A stretch of 64,000 nt of DNA from Deltaproteobacteria bacterium (GTDB lineage: Bacteria; Desulfobacterota; Desulfuromonadia; Desulfuromonadales; JAAYDE01). Under the pieces are notes generated by a model. The model was not told the DNA's origin. It was given only the letters and a program-made list of their open reading frames with translations, and ran no database searches. Position numbers and translations under genes: made by a program. Of the stretch, positions 1 through 10,076 are shown piece after piece; position 1 is the first letter of the stretch; each line of letters begins with the position of its first letter. The stretch is from NCBI GenBank assembly GCA_016926265.1, contig JAFGOW010000038.1, positions 12,964 through 76,963 of the forward strand, in the 5' to 3' direction.

Positions 1-792
1 GGAGATAAAGGGAGTTTTCATCCCTTTCTTGCGCATCTGGGTGACGATCTTGGAGGCTTCCGGATGGTAGCCCCCGAAGATGACCGCTTCGGCTCCGGAT
101 TTGCGGATCTTCTGGACCACGGCGGAGTAGTCCACGGCGCCGGGGGTCACTCCCTCAAACAGCACCACCTGGGTGCCGGGGGTCGCTTCCAGAAAACTTT
201 TGGCGAATTCGGCCAGACCCTTGCCGTAATCGCCTTTGTCGTGGATTACGGCAATTTTCTTGAGTTTCAGATGGTTGAGAGCGAAATCGACCTCCATGCG
301 CGCCTGAGCGTCATCGGAGGCGATGGTGCGGAAAAAATTGGGGTTGAGGCCGCTCTGGGTCAGGGGAGGATTGGTGGCGGAGGGGGAGATGACCACGAGC
401 CGGGCATCCTTGTAGATGCCGAGGGCGGCATTGGTGGCGCCGCTGCAGATGTGGCCGAGAATCGCCTGCGCTCCGTCGGCGACCAGTTTGGTGGCGGCGT
501 TGACGGCCATTTCGGGCTTGCAGGCATCGTCCTGGATCAGGAGTTGGATGGGGCGGCCCTGGATGCCGCCGGCGGCGTTTTTGGCCTTGATCACCAGTTC
601 CGTGGCCTTGACGCTCGGGAGGCCGTAGGAGGCCAGATCGCCGCTGTGGGCGCCGGCTACCCCGATTTTGATGGGGTCGGCGGCCAGGGCTTGGCCGGTA
701 AGGATTGTCGCCGTAAAAATGGCGCTCGACAACAACGCCGCCATCCGGCCCGGAATGCACTCAAATTTCTTGCCGCCATGCCGCTTTTTCAT
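1..792 (-). CDS. Branched-chain amino acid ABC transporter substrate-binding protein (LivJ/LivK family); C-terminal end lies outside the window
   Basis: Absent from the ORF track because it has no stop inside the window. My own minus-strand translation from the ATG at 790-792 reads MKKRHGGKKFECIPGRMAALLSSAIFTATILTGQALAADPIKIGVAGAHSGDLASYGLPSVKATELVIKAKNAAGGIQGRPIQLLIQDDACKPEMAVNAATKLVADGAQAILGHICSGATNAALGIYKDARLVVISPSATNP... This is a signal peptide followed by a typical Leu/Ile/Val-binding-protein sequence. A GAAGGAGG SD lies about 7 nt upstream. The 64..912 + ORF is its antisense shadow. Confidence 0.8.
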   Translation of the reverse strand, partial: MKKRHGGKKFECIPGRMAALLSSAIFTATILTGQALAADPIKIGVAGAHSGDLASYGLPSVKATELVIKAKNAAGGIQGRPIQLLIQDDACKPEMAVNAATKLVADGAQAILGHICSGATNAALGIYKDARLVVISPSATNPPLTQSGLNPNFFRTIASDDAQARMEVDFALNHLKLKKIAVIHDKGDYGKGLAEFAKSFLEATPGTQVVLFEGVTPGAVDYSAVVQKIRKSGAEAVIFGGYHPEASKIVTQMRKKGMKTPFIS

Positions 793-954
793 GACCGTGC
801 CTCCTTCGTCCCTGGTAAATGGATGGATTCAAATATTGCCGAACGGCTTCGACAACGCCATGGAATTTCTTGCTCCGATCGCAGATCCTTGATTTGTTGC
901 TGGAATCTATAATATCGAAGAATTTCAAGTCAAGTTAAAAGAGGGTGTGGCTTT

Positions 955-2796
955 TTAACCCTCCGGCTTCGCACGGGAACCCCAGAAATGGTCGGAAAGC
1001 CCGGAAGCCCGGTTTACCCGTCGTTCCAGCGCATCCAGCACGACGGCTCTGGAACCGAAAACGGTGGTTTCCGTTCTGGCCCTGGTCAGACCGGTGTAGA
1101 GCAGTTCCCTGGTCAGGGTTTCGCCGCCGCGATCGGGGAGCAACAGGGTAACCCGCTCGAATTCCGATCCCTGACTTTTATGAACGGTCATGGCGAAGGC
1201 GGTTTCGTGCGGGGGCAGGCGGGCCGGGGAAAAACATCGCAACATTCCCTGTTCGCTGGGGAAAAAGGCCTTTGGGCGGTCATCCCCCGGTGCCGCGAAG
1301 ATCACCCCGAGGTCGCCGTTGAAGAGTCCGAGGCGGTAATCGTTGCGCGTGATGAGGAGCGGCCGGCCGTGATACCAGGTCCGATGGGCCGGAATCCACC
1401 CGTGCCGGGTCAGCTCCCGCTCCAGCAGGCCATTGAATTCCAGGCTGCCCCAAGGCCCCTGGCGGAGAGCGCAGAGAACCATGAATCGCGAAAACTCCTG
1501 AAGGAAAACAGAAGGATCGGGGCTCTCGAAAAGTTTCTGGTAATGGCTGCGGAATTTATCCACGATCCGGCAGGCCAACTGCGCCGGGGAACCGGACGGC
1601 TCCAGGCGGCAATCGGAGCCGCCGGCGGCAAGCAGCTCCATTGCTTTCCGTCCCTGGCCGGCGTTGATCAGACGGCTGATGCGTCCAATCCCTCCCGTTT
1701 CATCGAAGCGATGGCTTTTCTGAAGAATGACCAGGGAATCGTTCAGGGCCGCCGAAAAAGTGCCGGCGTTTTTTTCCAATTGCGGAAACCCACAGAGATG
1801 GGCCAACTGGCGAGAAAAGGAAGAAGAAAAACGGCTTTCCGGAAGCGCGCCGCAGAGATCGTTGAGGACCGCCCCCGCCTCCACCGAAGCCAACTGGTGG
1901 TGGTCCCCCAGAAGTACCAGCCGCGCCTGCTCCGGAAGGGCTCTCAACACCCGGACCAGGAGCGGCAGATCAACCATGGAGGCTTCGTCTATGGCCAGCA
2001 GGTCGCAGGGGAGGGGATTGCCCGCGTGGTGCCGGCATGCTCCGGATAAGGGATGATAGCCCAGGAGCCGATGGAGGGTGCATACCTCATCGGGGATCGC
2101 TTCGGCCGCGGCCGTCTCAAGGCCGTGGCGCTGTTTCAGAACCCGAAGGGTATCGCGGAGGCGGGCGGCGGCTTTGCCGGTGGGGGCCGCCAGCAGAATC
2201 CTTGGAGGCCGGGGTTGGGGCTGTTCCAGCAGCAGCAGCAGGACCTTGAAAACAACGGTGGTTTTGCCCGAACCCGGGCCGCCGGAGATGATGCAGAAAC
2301 GTTTGAGAACCGCAACCGCTGCCGCCACCTTCTGCCAATCGGGTTCTCTGTCTGAGCTTGGCGGGAACAGGCGGGCCAGTCCCGATGCCAGGGCGGAGTC
2401 CTCGACCTGCGGCTCGGAATTGATCAGAAAATCAATTTTATCAATAAGTTCCCTTTCATAGTTCCAGTATCGGTTAAGGTAAAGGCGGGTGCCGGGAGCG
2501 AGGATCAAGGGAGTTCGGGCACCGGGCGGCCCCACCACCGGGGTGCGGGCCAAAACCTCCAGCCAACCTGTAAGGGAAGGGGTAAAGGGAACGATCCCCT
2601 GCGGCAGCGGCAGGGATTCCGCCCCGATATTTGAAAGATCGAGGCAGACGTGGCCCGCTGCGGTCTGCCGGCAGAGGAGCGCCGAGGCCAGCCACAGCTC
2701 GGGGTTGGAGGCGCCGCTAAGCCGTTCCATCAGATTGGCGAAATGCCTTTCCAGGGTGGAGAATTCTCCGCTGCGGGGATTTAGCGGGGCTGTCAT
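955..2796 (-). CDS. recD: Exodeoxyribonuclease V alpha subunit RecD
   Basis: 613 aa. Walker A GGPGSGKTT and SF1 helicase C-terminal motif TVHKSQGSEF. It is the last gene of a recC-recB-recD string, with a 4-nt overlap onto the recB stop. Confidence 0.85.
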   Translation of the reverse strand: MTAPLNPRSGEFSTLERHFANLMERLSGASNPELWLASALLCRQTAAGHVCLDLSNIGAESLPLPQGIVPFTPSLTGWLEVLARTPVVGPPGARTPLILAPGTRLYLNRYWNYERELIDKIDFLINSEPQVEDSALASGLARLFPPSSDREPDWQKVAAAVAVLKRFCIISGGPGSGKTTVVFKVLLLLLEQPQPRPPRILLAAPTGKAAARLRDTLRVLKQRHGLETAAAEAIPDEVCTLHRLLGYHPLSGACRHHAGNPLPCDLLAIDEASMVDLPLLVRVLRALPEQARLVLLGDHHQLASVEAGAVLNDLCGALPESRFSSSFSRQLAHLCGFPQLEKNAGTFSAALNDSLVILQKSHRFDETGGIGRISRLINAGQGRKAMELLAAGGSDCRLEPSGSPAQLACRIVDKFRSHYQKLFESPDPSVFLQEFSRFMVLCALRQGPWGSLEFNGLLERELTRHGWIPAHRTWYHGRPLLITRNDYRLGLFNGDLGVIFAAPGDDRPKAFFPSEQGMLRCFSPARLPPHETAFAMTVHKSQGSEFERVTLLLPDRGGETLTRELLYTGLTRARTETTVFGSRAVVLDALERRVNRASGLSDHFWGSRAKPEG

Positions 2797-5700
2797 GGTT
2801 CCAACTCCTTGGCGCCCGCGGAGAACGCCTGTTCCAGCGCCCGGACGGCCGGCAATGGCGGCCGGTCATGGAAAATCCCCGAGGAGGGGGCGGCCCCGTC
2901 GGCGAAACCGCGCAGGAACAGATAAAAAACCCCGCCGAAATGGCGATCGTAGTCATAATCCGGGATGCGTACCCGGAGATATTTGTGGAGCGCCAGGGTA
3001 TAGAGGTAATACTGGAGAAAGTAGTACTCCTCGGCAATGGCCTCCTCCAGCCTTTGGGGATGGTAGTCGTCCGGGGAGGGACCGAGATGATTGGATTTCC
3101 AGTCGACGATGAAATAGCGTTCCTGGTGCCGGAACACCAGGTCGATGAAGCCCTTCATGAACCCCTGGCGGATGTTTTCGGGCAGCCGTTTCAGGCGGTC
3201 TGCAAAAGTCCTGGAACGAGGGGTGAAGGAGAGAACGCCGGCCAGATCAGCCCCGTCTCCCCGTTGAACGGGGAAGAAAAAGCCCATTTCGGTGAGTCGG
3301 GACGCTCTTCCGATCTCAGCCAGCGAAAAGGTGCCGTTCCGGCCGGGAAGGGGGGCCGAAAGGAGGCGCTTCAGAGTGGCGCGCACCACCTCCAGCCAGG
3401 GGCCTTCCTCGAAACGGTAGCTCCGCAGGGCGTCGCCAATGATGCTGTCCCACTGCTCCGGCCTGCTCTGGAAATCGATCCGCTCCAGGATACGATGGAG
3501 ACAGAGGCCGGCGCGGGGACCCCGGGGGAAATCGGCGATGCCGGGCGCCATTCCATGAATGGCTTTTAAAGGCCCGGTGGTCGGAATGGGCGCCACGGGC
3601 TCGAACTCCAGGTCCCCCTCCGAACCGCGATGGGGTGCTACCCAAGCCGAAAAACTGCCGATCCGCCATGGGGGCGGGAACTGATCCGGGCCGGGGGCGA
3701 GTACCAACGGCTCCCCATTCTCTTCAAACCGGCGCCAACGGCCGGTTGGGACCGTTACCGGCGGCTCCACCCAGGAGACTCCCGATTGGGGCACCGTCGC
3801 CAGCGATCGCATCTCAGCGGCCAGGGCGGCATCATCCAGCGTGTTGAAATCGATGGAAAAAGGGGCCGCTAGGGGATCTTTGGCGCAGCGTCCATGGAAC
3901 AGGTAGGCAACCCCCGAGCCGGCGGCTCCCCGAAAGGCACCCCAGGCCAGGTAACAGAGGTGCTTGGCGCGGGTCACCGCCACATAAAGCAAGCGCATAT
4001 TCTCCGCCAGTTCCTCGGCGGCCATGGCCCTTCGATGGGCCTCCAGAGCGTCGCTGCCGAGATCGAGGGTCAGCGCCTGACCGGCTTCCGGGTCGTGGAA
4101 AAAGACCAGTTCCCGGCTCCCCGCCCCCAACCAGCAATACGGTGCGAATACAACCGGGTATTCAAGGCCCTTGCTGCGGTGGATGGTGAGGACCTGGATC
4201 GCCTTGTCGTCGGTTTCCAGCCGCAGTTGATATTCCTCCTGCTGGGGACGTTCGGAACGTTGGCGGGCAAACCATTTGAGCAGGGCCTTCATTCCCAGGT
4301 GGCGTTCCTCGGAAACCCGGTGAAGGAGTTCCCAACAATGGATCAGGTTGGTCAGGCGCCGTTCCCCATCCGGGAGGGTCAGCAGCCGTTCCCGGACCCG
4401 GTGCCGGCTCATCAGGTCGGAAGCCATGGCGAGCAACCCGTCCTGGAGCCACAGTTGGTGCCATTCGTTGAAGCAGGCCAGCCACTGTTCCCAGCCGGCC
4501 TCATCATTCTGCAATTCCTGAAAATGGCGGATGGAGAGTCCGAACAGGGGAGTGGCGAGGGCCGCCCGAACCAGCGTTTCCTCGCCCGGTTCAGCCACCG
4601 CCTGCAGCAGTTGGAGGACATCGCCGGCCTCCGGCGAGGCGAACAGGCTTTCATCGCCATGGATCACGGCCGGAAGGCCCAGGCTTGCCAGGGCGTCCCG
4701 GATCAGGCGCGCCTCCCGGTTGGTGCGGACGATGACGGCTATGTCGGCGGCCTCCAGGGGTCTATCCGGACCGCGCCGCGCCGCCGCCATCGGGGTGGTC
4801 CGGACCGCCGTCAGCTTGGCTTTCCCCTCCCTGCCCGCTTCGAGCAGGCGGAGGATTTCGTTGCCCACCGCCTTGGGAACGAAATCGTCGGCCCGGGTCC
4901 TCGGAATCTCTTTCTCCCCCTCCTCCCGAGGGAAAAACCAGAGCCGCAGGGGGTTTTCCAGGGGAGCGCCCGAGAACTGGAGCACCTCGGCTTCGTCGGG
5001 GGCCGCGGGAACCGCTTCGTGGAAGCGGATGGCTTCGAAAAGAAAAGGATTGCGGTGATCCCGGAACAGGGCGTTGAAGGCGCGGATCAGCGCCGGGGCC
5101 GAGCGCCAGTTGACGGACAGCGGGAACCGGACCGCGTCCCGGCCGGCGTTCATGTAGGTGAAGATGTCGGCGCCGCGGAAACTGTAGATGGCCTGCTTCG
5201 GGTCTCCGATGATGAAGAGCAGCGAATTGGGGGCATCGTAGATGGAGCGGAAAATCCGGTATTGGATGGGATCCGTATCCTGGAACTCATCGATCAGGGC
5301 GGCCGGAAACTTGGCGCGGATGGCTGCGGGCAGCGTGCTGCCTGGGCCGCTGAGGGCTTGGCGCAGATCGCGGAGCAGATCGTCGAAGGCTCGAACCCGG
5401 AACTGTTCCTTGCGGCGGGGGAGTTCCGCCCGGAGATAATGAAGCAATTGCTCCCGGACCTGGGACCAGTGAAGGTGAAAATCATCCAAGAGAAGCTGCC
5501 GTTGGCGTGAAAACCGGCTGCAACAATCGAAAAAGGGATGGGTGACTCGTGCCGCCCCTTTCTTGAGGGCGCCGTCAAGACGTTCCTGGGTGCAGCGGTC
5601 GAGGTGTTCCCAGGCGAAAAGGGGGTCTCCCGAAAGGAAAAAGGCGTCTCCGCCGGCCATCCAGGCGCCGATCTGGTCCCTGGGGTAACTTCTTCGGTTC

Positions 5701-6437
5701 AGTCCCTCATCCCCCAAAAGCTGTTCGATCCGCGGCCGTTGCTCCTGCCACAGACGGCGCAGCTGGTCAAACAACGCCGCCACCGTGGATTCGCGCCGTT
5801 CCACGGAGCCGTCAGGGGGCGCCGAGAGCAGGATGGGATCGGGACGGGAGAGGACCTGGCGGGCAAAATCCGCCAGCAGATCAGGTCCTTGGAGCTGGCG
5901 ATCCCGCTCTTGGCGCTGCTCAAGGAGGAACCGGAGGAATAGGGGAGTGGCCGCGGCCGTCAGGCGGCGCCAGAAATCATCGACGGCCTCTTGCAGCAGG
6001 GTGGAAGAATCGGCTATCAGCTCCGTATCGAAGGGGAGCGCCGCTTCAAAACTGTGTTCGCGGAGGATTTTGCGGCAGAAGCCGTGGATGGTGAAAACCG
6101 CCGCCTCGTCGAAGCCGGCGAGGGCGGCTTGCAGACAAGAGCGGGTCTGGTTCGAATCCCCCGCCGCGGTGAAAAGGGTTTCCATCGTTTCGTCGCGGCA
6201 GCTGCCGTCCAGGACGGCGAGGCCTTCCGCGAGGCGTTTGCGGATGCGGGTTCTGAGTTCCTTGGTCGCCGCTTCGGTAAAGGTCACCACCAGAATCTCA
6301 CCCGCCTGGCGTTTTTCAACCACCAGCAACCGCACGAAAAGGTCCGTGATGGCCCGGGTCTTGCCGGTGCCGGCACTGGCCTCGATGAGATGGAGCCCTG
6401 TCAGGGGTCCCGGCTGCAGCCACGGCGGCGGGGTCAT
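2793..6437 (-). CDS. recB: Exodeoxyribonuclease V beta subunit RecB (UvrD-type helicase plus C-terminal PD-(D/E)XK nuclease)
   Basis: 1214 aa. N-terminal LIEASAGTGKT Walker A, a UvrD/Rep-like body, and the C-terminal nuclease motif GFIDLVFRHQERYFIVDWKSN. Overlaps recC and recD by 4 nt each. Confidence 0.9.
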   Translation of the reverse strand: MTPPPWLQPGPLTGLHLIEASAGTGKTRAITDLFVRLLVVEKRQAGEILVVTFTEAATKELRTRIRKRLAEGLAVLDGSCRDETMETLFTAAGDSNQTRSCLQAALAGFDEAAVFTIHGFCRKILREHSFEAALPFDTELIADSSTLLQEAVDDFWRRLTAAATPLFLRFLLEQRQERDRQLQGPDLLADFARQVLSRPDPILLSAPPDGSVERRESTVAALFDQLRRLWQEQRPRIEQLLGDEGLNRRSYPRDQIGAWMAGGDAFFLSGDPLFAWEHLDRCTQERLDGALKKGAARVTHPFFDCCSRFSRQRQLLLDDFHLHWSQVREQLLHYLRAELPRRKEQFRVRAFDDLLRDLRQALSGPGSTLPAAIRAKFPAALIDEFQDTDPIQYRIFRSIYDAPNSLLFIIGDPKQAIYSFRGADIFTYMNAGRDAVRFPLSVNWRSAPALIRAFNALFRDHRNPFLFEAIRFHEAVPAAPDEAEVLQFSGAPLENPLRLWFFPREEGEKEIPRTRADDFVPKAVGNEILRLLEAGREGKAKLTAVRTTPMAAARRGPDRPLEAADIAVIVRTNREARLIRDALASLGLPAVIHGDESLFASPEAGDVLQLLQAVAEPGEETLVRAALATPLFGLSIRHFQELQNDEAGWEQWLACFNEWHQLWLQDGLLAMASDLMSRHRVRERLLTLPDGERRLTNLIHCWELLHRVSEERHLGMKALLKWFARQRSERPQQEEYQLRLETDDKAIQVLTIHRSKGLEYPVVFAPYCWLGAGSRELVFFHDPEAGQALTLDLGSDALEAHRRAMAAEELAENMRLLYVAVTRAKHLCYLAWGAFRGAAGSGVAYLFHGRCAKDPLAAPFSIDFNTLDDAALAAEMRSLATVPQSGVSWVEPPVTVPTGRWRRFEENGEPLVLAPGPDQFPPPWRIGSFSAWVAPHRGSEGDLEFEPVAPIPTTGPLKAIHGMAPGIADFPRGPRAGLCLHRILERIDFQSRPEQWDSIIGDALRSYRFEEGPWLEVVRATLKRLLSAPLPGRNGTFSLAEIGRASRLTEMGFFFPVQRGDGADLAGVLSFTPRSRTFADRLKRLPENIRQGFMKGFIDLVFRHQERYFIVDWKSNHLGPSPDDYHPQRLEEAIAEEYYFLQYYLYTLALHKYLRVRIPDYDYDRHFGGVFYLFLRGFADGAAPSSGIFHDRPPLPAVRALEQAFSAGAKELEP

Positions 6438-9400
6438 GGAATTTTCTCCAGGGAGTTCAGAAGCGGGGCATAAATCTCTTCGGCCTTCGCTTCAAAATCC
6501 GCATCCAGAGGGTCGGTTTCCCCGAAACAGAATCGCAGGGAGGGATCCTCTTTTTCGCCCCGCTGGTAAGGGGTTCCTTCCCAGGCTTTTCGCCCCGCTT
6601 CCCGTGCCCGGTCGCGGTTTTCTGGGTGGCGTGCCAAGGTAGCGGCAAATCCCAGGGAAGTCTCGGGGAAAAAGGGGAGAGGACGATGCAACCCCTCCCA
6701 GTAGAGGGCCAGCAGCCGCTCAAGAAAAGGGAAGGGGTTTGGGGCCGGCGCCAGGCGGCAGGTGCCGTCCCTGGCGAACAGCCAACTCCCGGCCTGGGCC
6801 GCCGGCTGTTCCAGGGCGTCGAGAAGGAGCCGGGTCAACCAGGCCTGGAGCCGATCCACGGCCCGGAGCCGGGCAAAGTGGTGGTGTACCATCCGGTCGC
6901 CATGCCGATGGGGAAGAAGCCCTCGAATTTGAAACTCTCCGATCCGGAGTGCCAGGGGGGGGTCTTGGTGGCGTTCCTCCCCGGCGACGGCATGGATGGC
7001 CTGGGCCAGGCGTTCAGCTTCGAGAGCCAGATCGGTGAAGACGATATGTCCCGCCGCTCCGGGCGGCAGCATCCCCTCTTCGCGTATTTCGGAATAAAGA
7101 GGGAACAGCTGTTTTCCCGCCAAGGCCGCCTCCGTCAACCTTTCGCCGAGCCGGTAGCGATCTAGCGGGGCGAGGGCAAAGGGCTCCCGTTCCTCGGCCA
7201 AAAAAGGCACCTGCCTGAAAACGATGCCGAGGCGGCGGTGGGCGAAATAACGTCCTGGTTGGCAAAAAAAACGGATCAGGTCCGAATAATCGATTGTTTT
7301 CCAGGAAGGATCGGCTTCCGGCAGCCTGGTGGCATCGGAAATCGGCGGCGTGGGTCCCCGGCGGGCAGCCAGCGCGGCCTGATAATTTTCCGGGGAAAAA
7401 CTCGCCAAGGGGGATGAGGCCGAGAAATATCCGGAATGGAAGGCCTGCAGGCGATGCTGGAAAAAAATTGCCGACCGGGCGCCCTGGAAACCCTTTTCCA
7501 GATAATCCGAGAGTTCGCTGACGAGAACCGATGGCGGCAGCTCCGAGTTGTCCCGTTGGCTCTGGCCGACATAGCTGATGAAAAGCCGCTGACGCGCCGA
7601 CAGCAGGGTTTCCAGAAACAGATAGCGGTCCTCGTGACGCGGAATGCGGTCTCCCCGCTGCGGGCGGGCCGCGATCCGGTCGAAGGCCGGAGCCGAAAAA
7701 GCGCGGGGGAAGGCGTCGTCGTTGAGGCCGATCAGAGCAATGATTTTAAAGGGGATACTGCGCATCGGCAACAGCGAGGCGAAGGTGATGGCTCCCGACA
7801 GGAAGCGGCCTGGCGCCGCGGCCTGGGATTCGAGACGGTCGCCCAGATAGGCTTCGGCCACTTCGATGGGAACCGCCGCGGCGGCTCCCGAGCTTCCCGA
7901 GGTGGCGGCCAAGGAAGAGAACAGCTCCTCCAGAAAGAGATAATCCGCTTCCGACCCTTCATCCGGTTGGAAAAACCGCTCCAGTATCCAGAGAAACTGT
8001 TCCCCCCAGTCCCGCATCGAACGGGGAAGGCGGAGGGCCTCCATATGTTCGGCGACGGCTGCGATGAAATCCGCCAGCCGCCCCAGAATGGCGGCGTTTT
8101 CGCCCTCGCCGGCATCGTAAGGAAGGATTCCCTCGAAGAGTCCCCCCGCGTCGGGAAGGGCATGGCCGAGCAGCAGACGATCCAGCGCCGCCCCCCAGCT
8201 GTTTTCCTGAAAAGGGGGAATCCCGAAACGGGCCCGGTCGGCGGCGTCCAGGCCCCAGCGGACACGGGTTTCCTCCACCCAGACCCGGATCCGGTCGAGG
8301 TCCTGATGTTGGCATCCGAACCGGGACATGATGGGTGGCGCTTCCAGAAGATCGAAGACTTGGGGAGCGCCGCAACGGGAATTACGGAGCGCCAGTAATT
8401 CCAGAAACAGGGAGGCCAGGCGATTTTCCCGCCGCACTCCGAGGTCGGCGACGGAGAACGGGAGGCGACGGCCCGGAACGGACGGGGTCTTGAAAACCGC
8501 GGCGATGTAGGGGGCGTAGGTGCCGATGTCGGGGGCCATGACCAGGATGTCGCCGGGGGTCAGACCGTGCAGGTCCTGAAAACAGCCCAGCAGAAAATCG
8601 TGGAGCGCCTCGATTTCCCGCAGCGGGCTGTGGCAGGAATGGATCTGCAGGGATCGGTCGCCGGCAGCGACGGCGGTTTTTTCCGATTGGATCGTCCGGT
8701 CATGCAGATGGAGCAGATCGCCCTGCAGGGCGGCGAGGAGGGTGTTTTCCCCGGGCTCCTGGAAGAGGTCGAACTGCGAGAGTTCCCCCTGTTCCCAGAG
8801 CAGGCCGAAAAAGTCCCGGCCCGACCGCCCCCAGGAAGCCAGCAACGGTTGCGAAACCTCATAATGAAGGGCTTCGAAAGCTTCCGGAGCCGACGCCTCT
8901 CGGCGGGCGGCGGTTTTGGGGGAGGAAAGGTCGAGCCAGAACTCTTGGCAGGGGTTGAGTAAGAAGAGATGGACCGGGCAGAAGCGGGCGGCCGCCGCCA
9001 ACACCTCGATATGATAGGGGGGCAGGGCGGAGACCCCGAAGATGTTGAGAGCTGCCGGGAACACACCCGACGGCAAGTGGCCGGTTTGGCAGCGCCGCAA
9101 AAATTCCCGTTGGCGGCGGGCGCGGTGCGGAGCCGGGTTGGCGGCGACCCATTGGCGCCACAATTCGGCCTGCCAGTCGGTTTCCTCGCCCCGCTCCCAT
9201 GACAGAAGGAGGTCGGGGCGGTAGATGGAATATTGGTCGAAAAGATGCGCCAGGCGGCGGGCCAGTTGATAGGTCTTGAGATCGGGCGCCTCCCCGGTCA
9301 GAAAATGTTTCAGGGAGTCGAAGCGGGGCTGAGTGGCCAGCTGTGGAAGCAGGTCCAGGAGGCTGAGGGTCATCCGGTCCCGGTCGAAAGGGTCTTTTTC

Positions 9401-9646
9401 CGGTTCCTCTCCCAGGGCGGCGGTCAGCAGGGCGTCGATCAGGGCGTTGGGAAAGGGGAACGCGAAATTGGCCCAGATCCCGAAACGGCGGGCCAGATTC
9501 AGGGAGAGCCAGGACTCCATGCCCTTGCTCTGAACCAGGATTAGGGTCGGATCCAGAGGTTGCGGCGGATTCTTTTGAAGAACCTCGGCCAGGGCCTCCA
9601 GGAGGGTTTCCAGACGATTGCCGGTGTAGAGGTGAAATCCGGTCAT
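6434..9646 (-). CDS. recC: Exodeoxyribonuclease V gamma subunit RecC
   Basis: The ORF track extends to 9994, but the RecC-like N-terminus MTGFHLYTGNRLETLLEALAEVL starts at Met117 of that ORF (ATG at 9644-9646). The size (~1070 aa) and the position upstream of recB fit RecC. Confidence 0.85.
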   Translation of the reverse strand: MTGFHLYTGNRLETLLEALAEVLQKNPPQPLDPTLILVQSKGMESWLSLNLARRFGIWANFAFPFPNALIDALLTAALGEEPEKDPFDRDRMTLSLLDLLPQLATQPRFDSLKHFLTGEAPDLKTYQLARRLAHLFDQYSIYRPDLLLSWERGEETDWQAELWRQWVAANPAPHRARRQREFLRRCQTGHLPSGVFPAALNIFGVSALPPYHIEVLAAAARFCPVHLFLLNPCQEFWLDLSSPKTAARREASAPEAFEALHYEVSQPLLASWGRSGRDFFGLLWEQGELSQFDLFQEPGENTLLAALQGDLLHLHDRTIQSEKTAVAAGDRSLQIHSCHSPLREIEALHDFLLGCFQDLHGLTPGDILVMAPDIGTYAPYIAAVFKTPSVPGRRLPFSVADLGVRRENRLASLFLELLALRNSRCGAPQVFDLLEAPPIMSRFGCQHQDLDRIRVWVEETRVRWGLDAADRARFGIPPFQENSWGAALDRLLLGHALPDAGGLFEGILPYDAGEGENAAILGRLADFIAAVAEHMEALRLPRSMRDWGEQFLWILERFFQPDEGSEADYLFLEELFSSLAATSGSSGAAAAVPIEVAEAYLGDRLESQAAAPGRFLSGAITFASLLPMRSIPFKIIALIGLNDDAFPRAFSAPAFDRIAARPQRGDRIPRHEDRYLFLETLLSARQRLFISYVGQSQRDNSELPPSVLVSELSDYLEKGFQGARSAIFFQHRLQAFHSGYFSASSPLASFSPENYQAALAARRGPTPPISDATRLPEADPSWKTIDYSDLIRFFCQPGRYFAHRRLGIVFRQVPFLAEEREPFALAPLDRYRLGERLTEAALAGKQLFPLYSEIREEGMLPPGAAGHIVFTDLALEAERLAQAIHAVAGEERHQDPPLALRIGEFQIRGLLPHRHGDRMVHHHFARLRAVDRLQAWLTRLLLDALEQPAAQAGSWLFARDGTCRLAPAPNPFPFLERLLALYWEGLHRPLPFFPETSLGFAATLARHPENRDRAREAGRKAWEGTPYQRGEKEDPSLRFCFGETDPLDADFEAKAEEIYAPLLNSLEKIP

Positions 9647-10065
9647 GGCTGGCCGGAGGGGTTGGGGCGCCGAGGGGAATTTCCCCACTTCGCTGGGAGC
9701 AGGGTCAGAGCGGCCAGCGAGGCGGCCAAGGCTCCGAGACCGTCGGCGATCAGATCGATGAGATCGGCGCTGCGGACGGTGCTGAAAAGGCCCTGCGCCA
9801 GCTCCATGATCGCTCCCAACGCCAGCGCGAAGAAAAAGGCTCCCCACCAGATCAGGCGCTCCGAACGGAACAAGGGACTGAAGCACCATCCTGCCAGCAG
9901 GGTGAGGACGAAATAGGCCAAAAAATGCTGCATCTTGTCCCAGGAGAGGGCGCCGAGCGGGATTTTGGGGAGAGCGGGCGCCAGCGACAGCCATACCAGC
10001 ACCGCAACATAGCCGCTCAGGACGGCCGCCCGAAAGTAACCCCGGGGGTAAGTTTTTTTATTCAT
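9643..10065 (-). CDS. VanZ-like family membrane protein
   Basis: Internal start MNKKTYPRGYF at 10065 of ORF 9643..10317. Four hydrophobic helices, with DKMQHFLAYFVL and SADLIDLIADGLGA motifs typical of VanZ-like proteins. The stop overlaps the recC ATG (ATGA). Confidence 0.65.
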   Translation of the reverse strand: MNKKTYPRGYFRAAVLSGYVAVLVWLSLAPALPKIPLGALSWDKMQHFLAYFVLTLLAGWCFSPLFRSERLIWWGAFFFALALGAIMELAQGLFSTVRSADLIDLIADGLGALAASLAALTLLPAKWGNSPRRPNPSGQP

Positions 10066-10076
10066 GGGACAGCCGG

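Noticed and set aside
64-912. 282-aa + strand ORF at the left edge
   Set aside because: It is the antisense shadow of a clearly recognisable LivK-type binding protein on the minus strand, and its own sequence is low-complexity Gly/Ala/Asp.
3894-5510. Long alternative-frame or antisense ORFs inside GC-rich genes. Examples: 3894..5510, 11634..12887, 13071..14330, 17092..18303, 18521..19729, 27163..28167, 37290..38825, 43178..44611.
   Set aside because: All lie opposite or overlapping confidently assigned housekeeping genes. They have Arg/Gly/Pro-rich, motif-free translations and are the expected stop-codon-poor shadows of GC-rich coding DNA.
9647-9994. N-terminal extensions of tracked ORFs: recC to 9994, carB to 40751, GGDEF to 12966, lepA to 47674, the PhoU-like ORF to 59706, and the VanZ ORF to 10317
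   Set aside because: The family-typical N-termini start at internal Met codons, with SD sequences where checked. The extensions overlap neighbouring genes or intergenic DNA and look non-protein-like.
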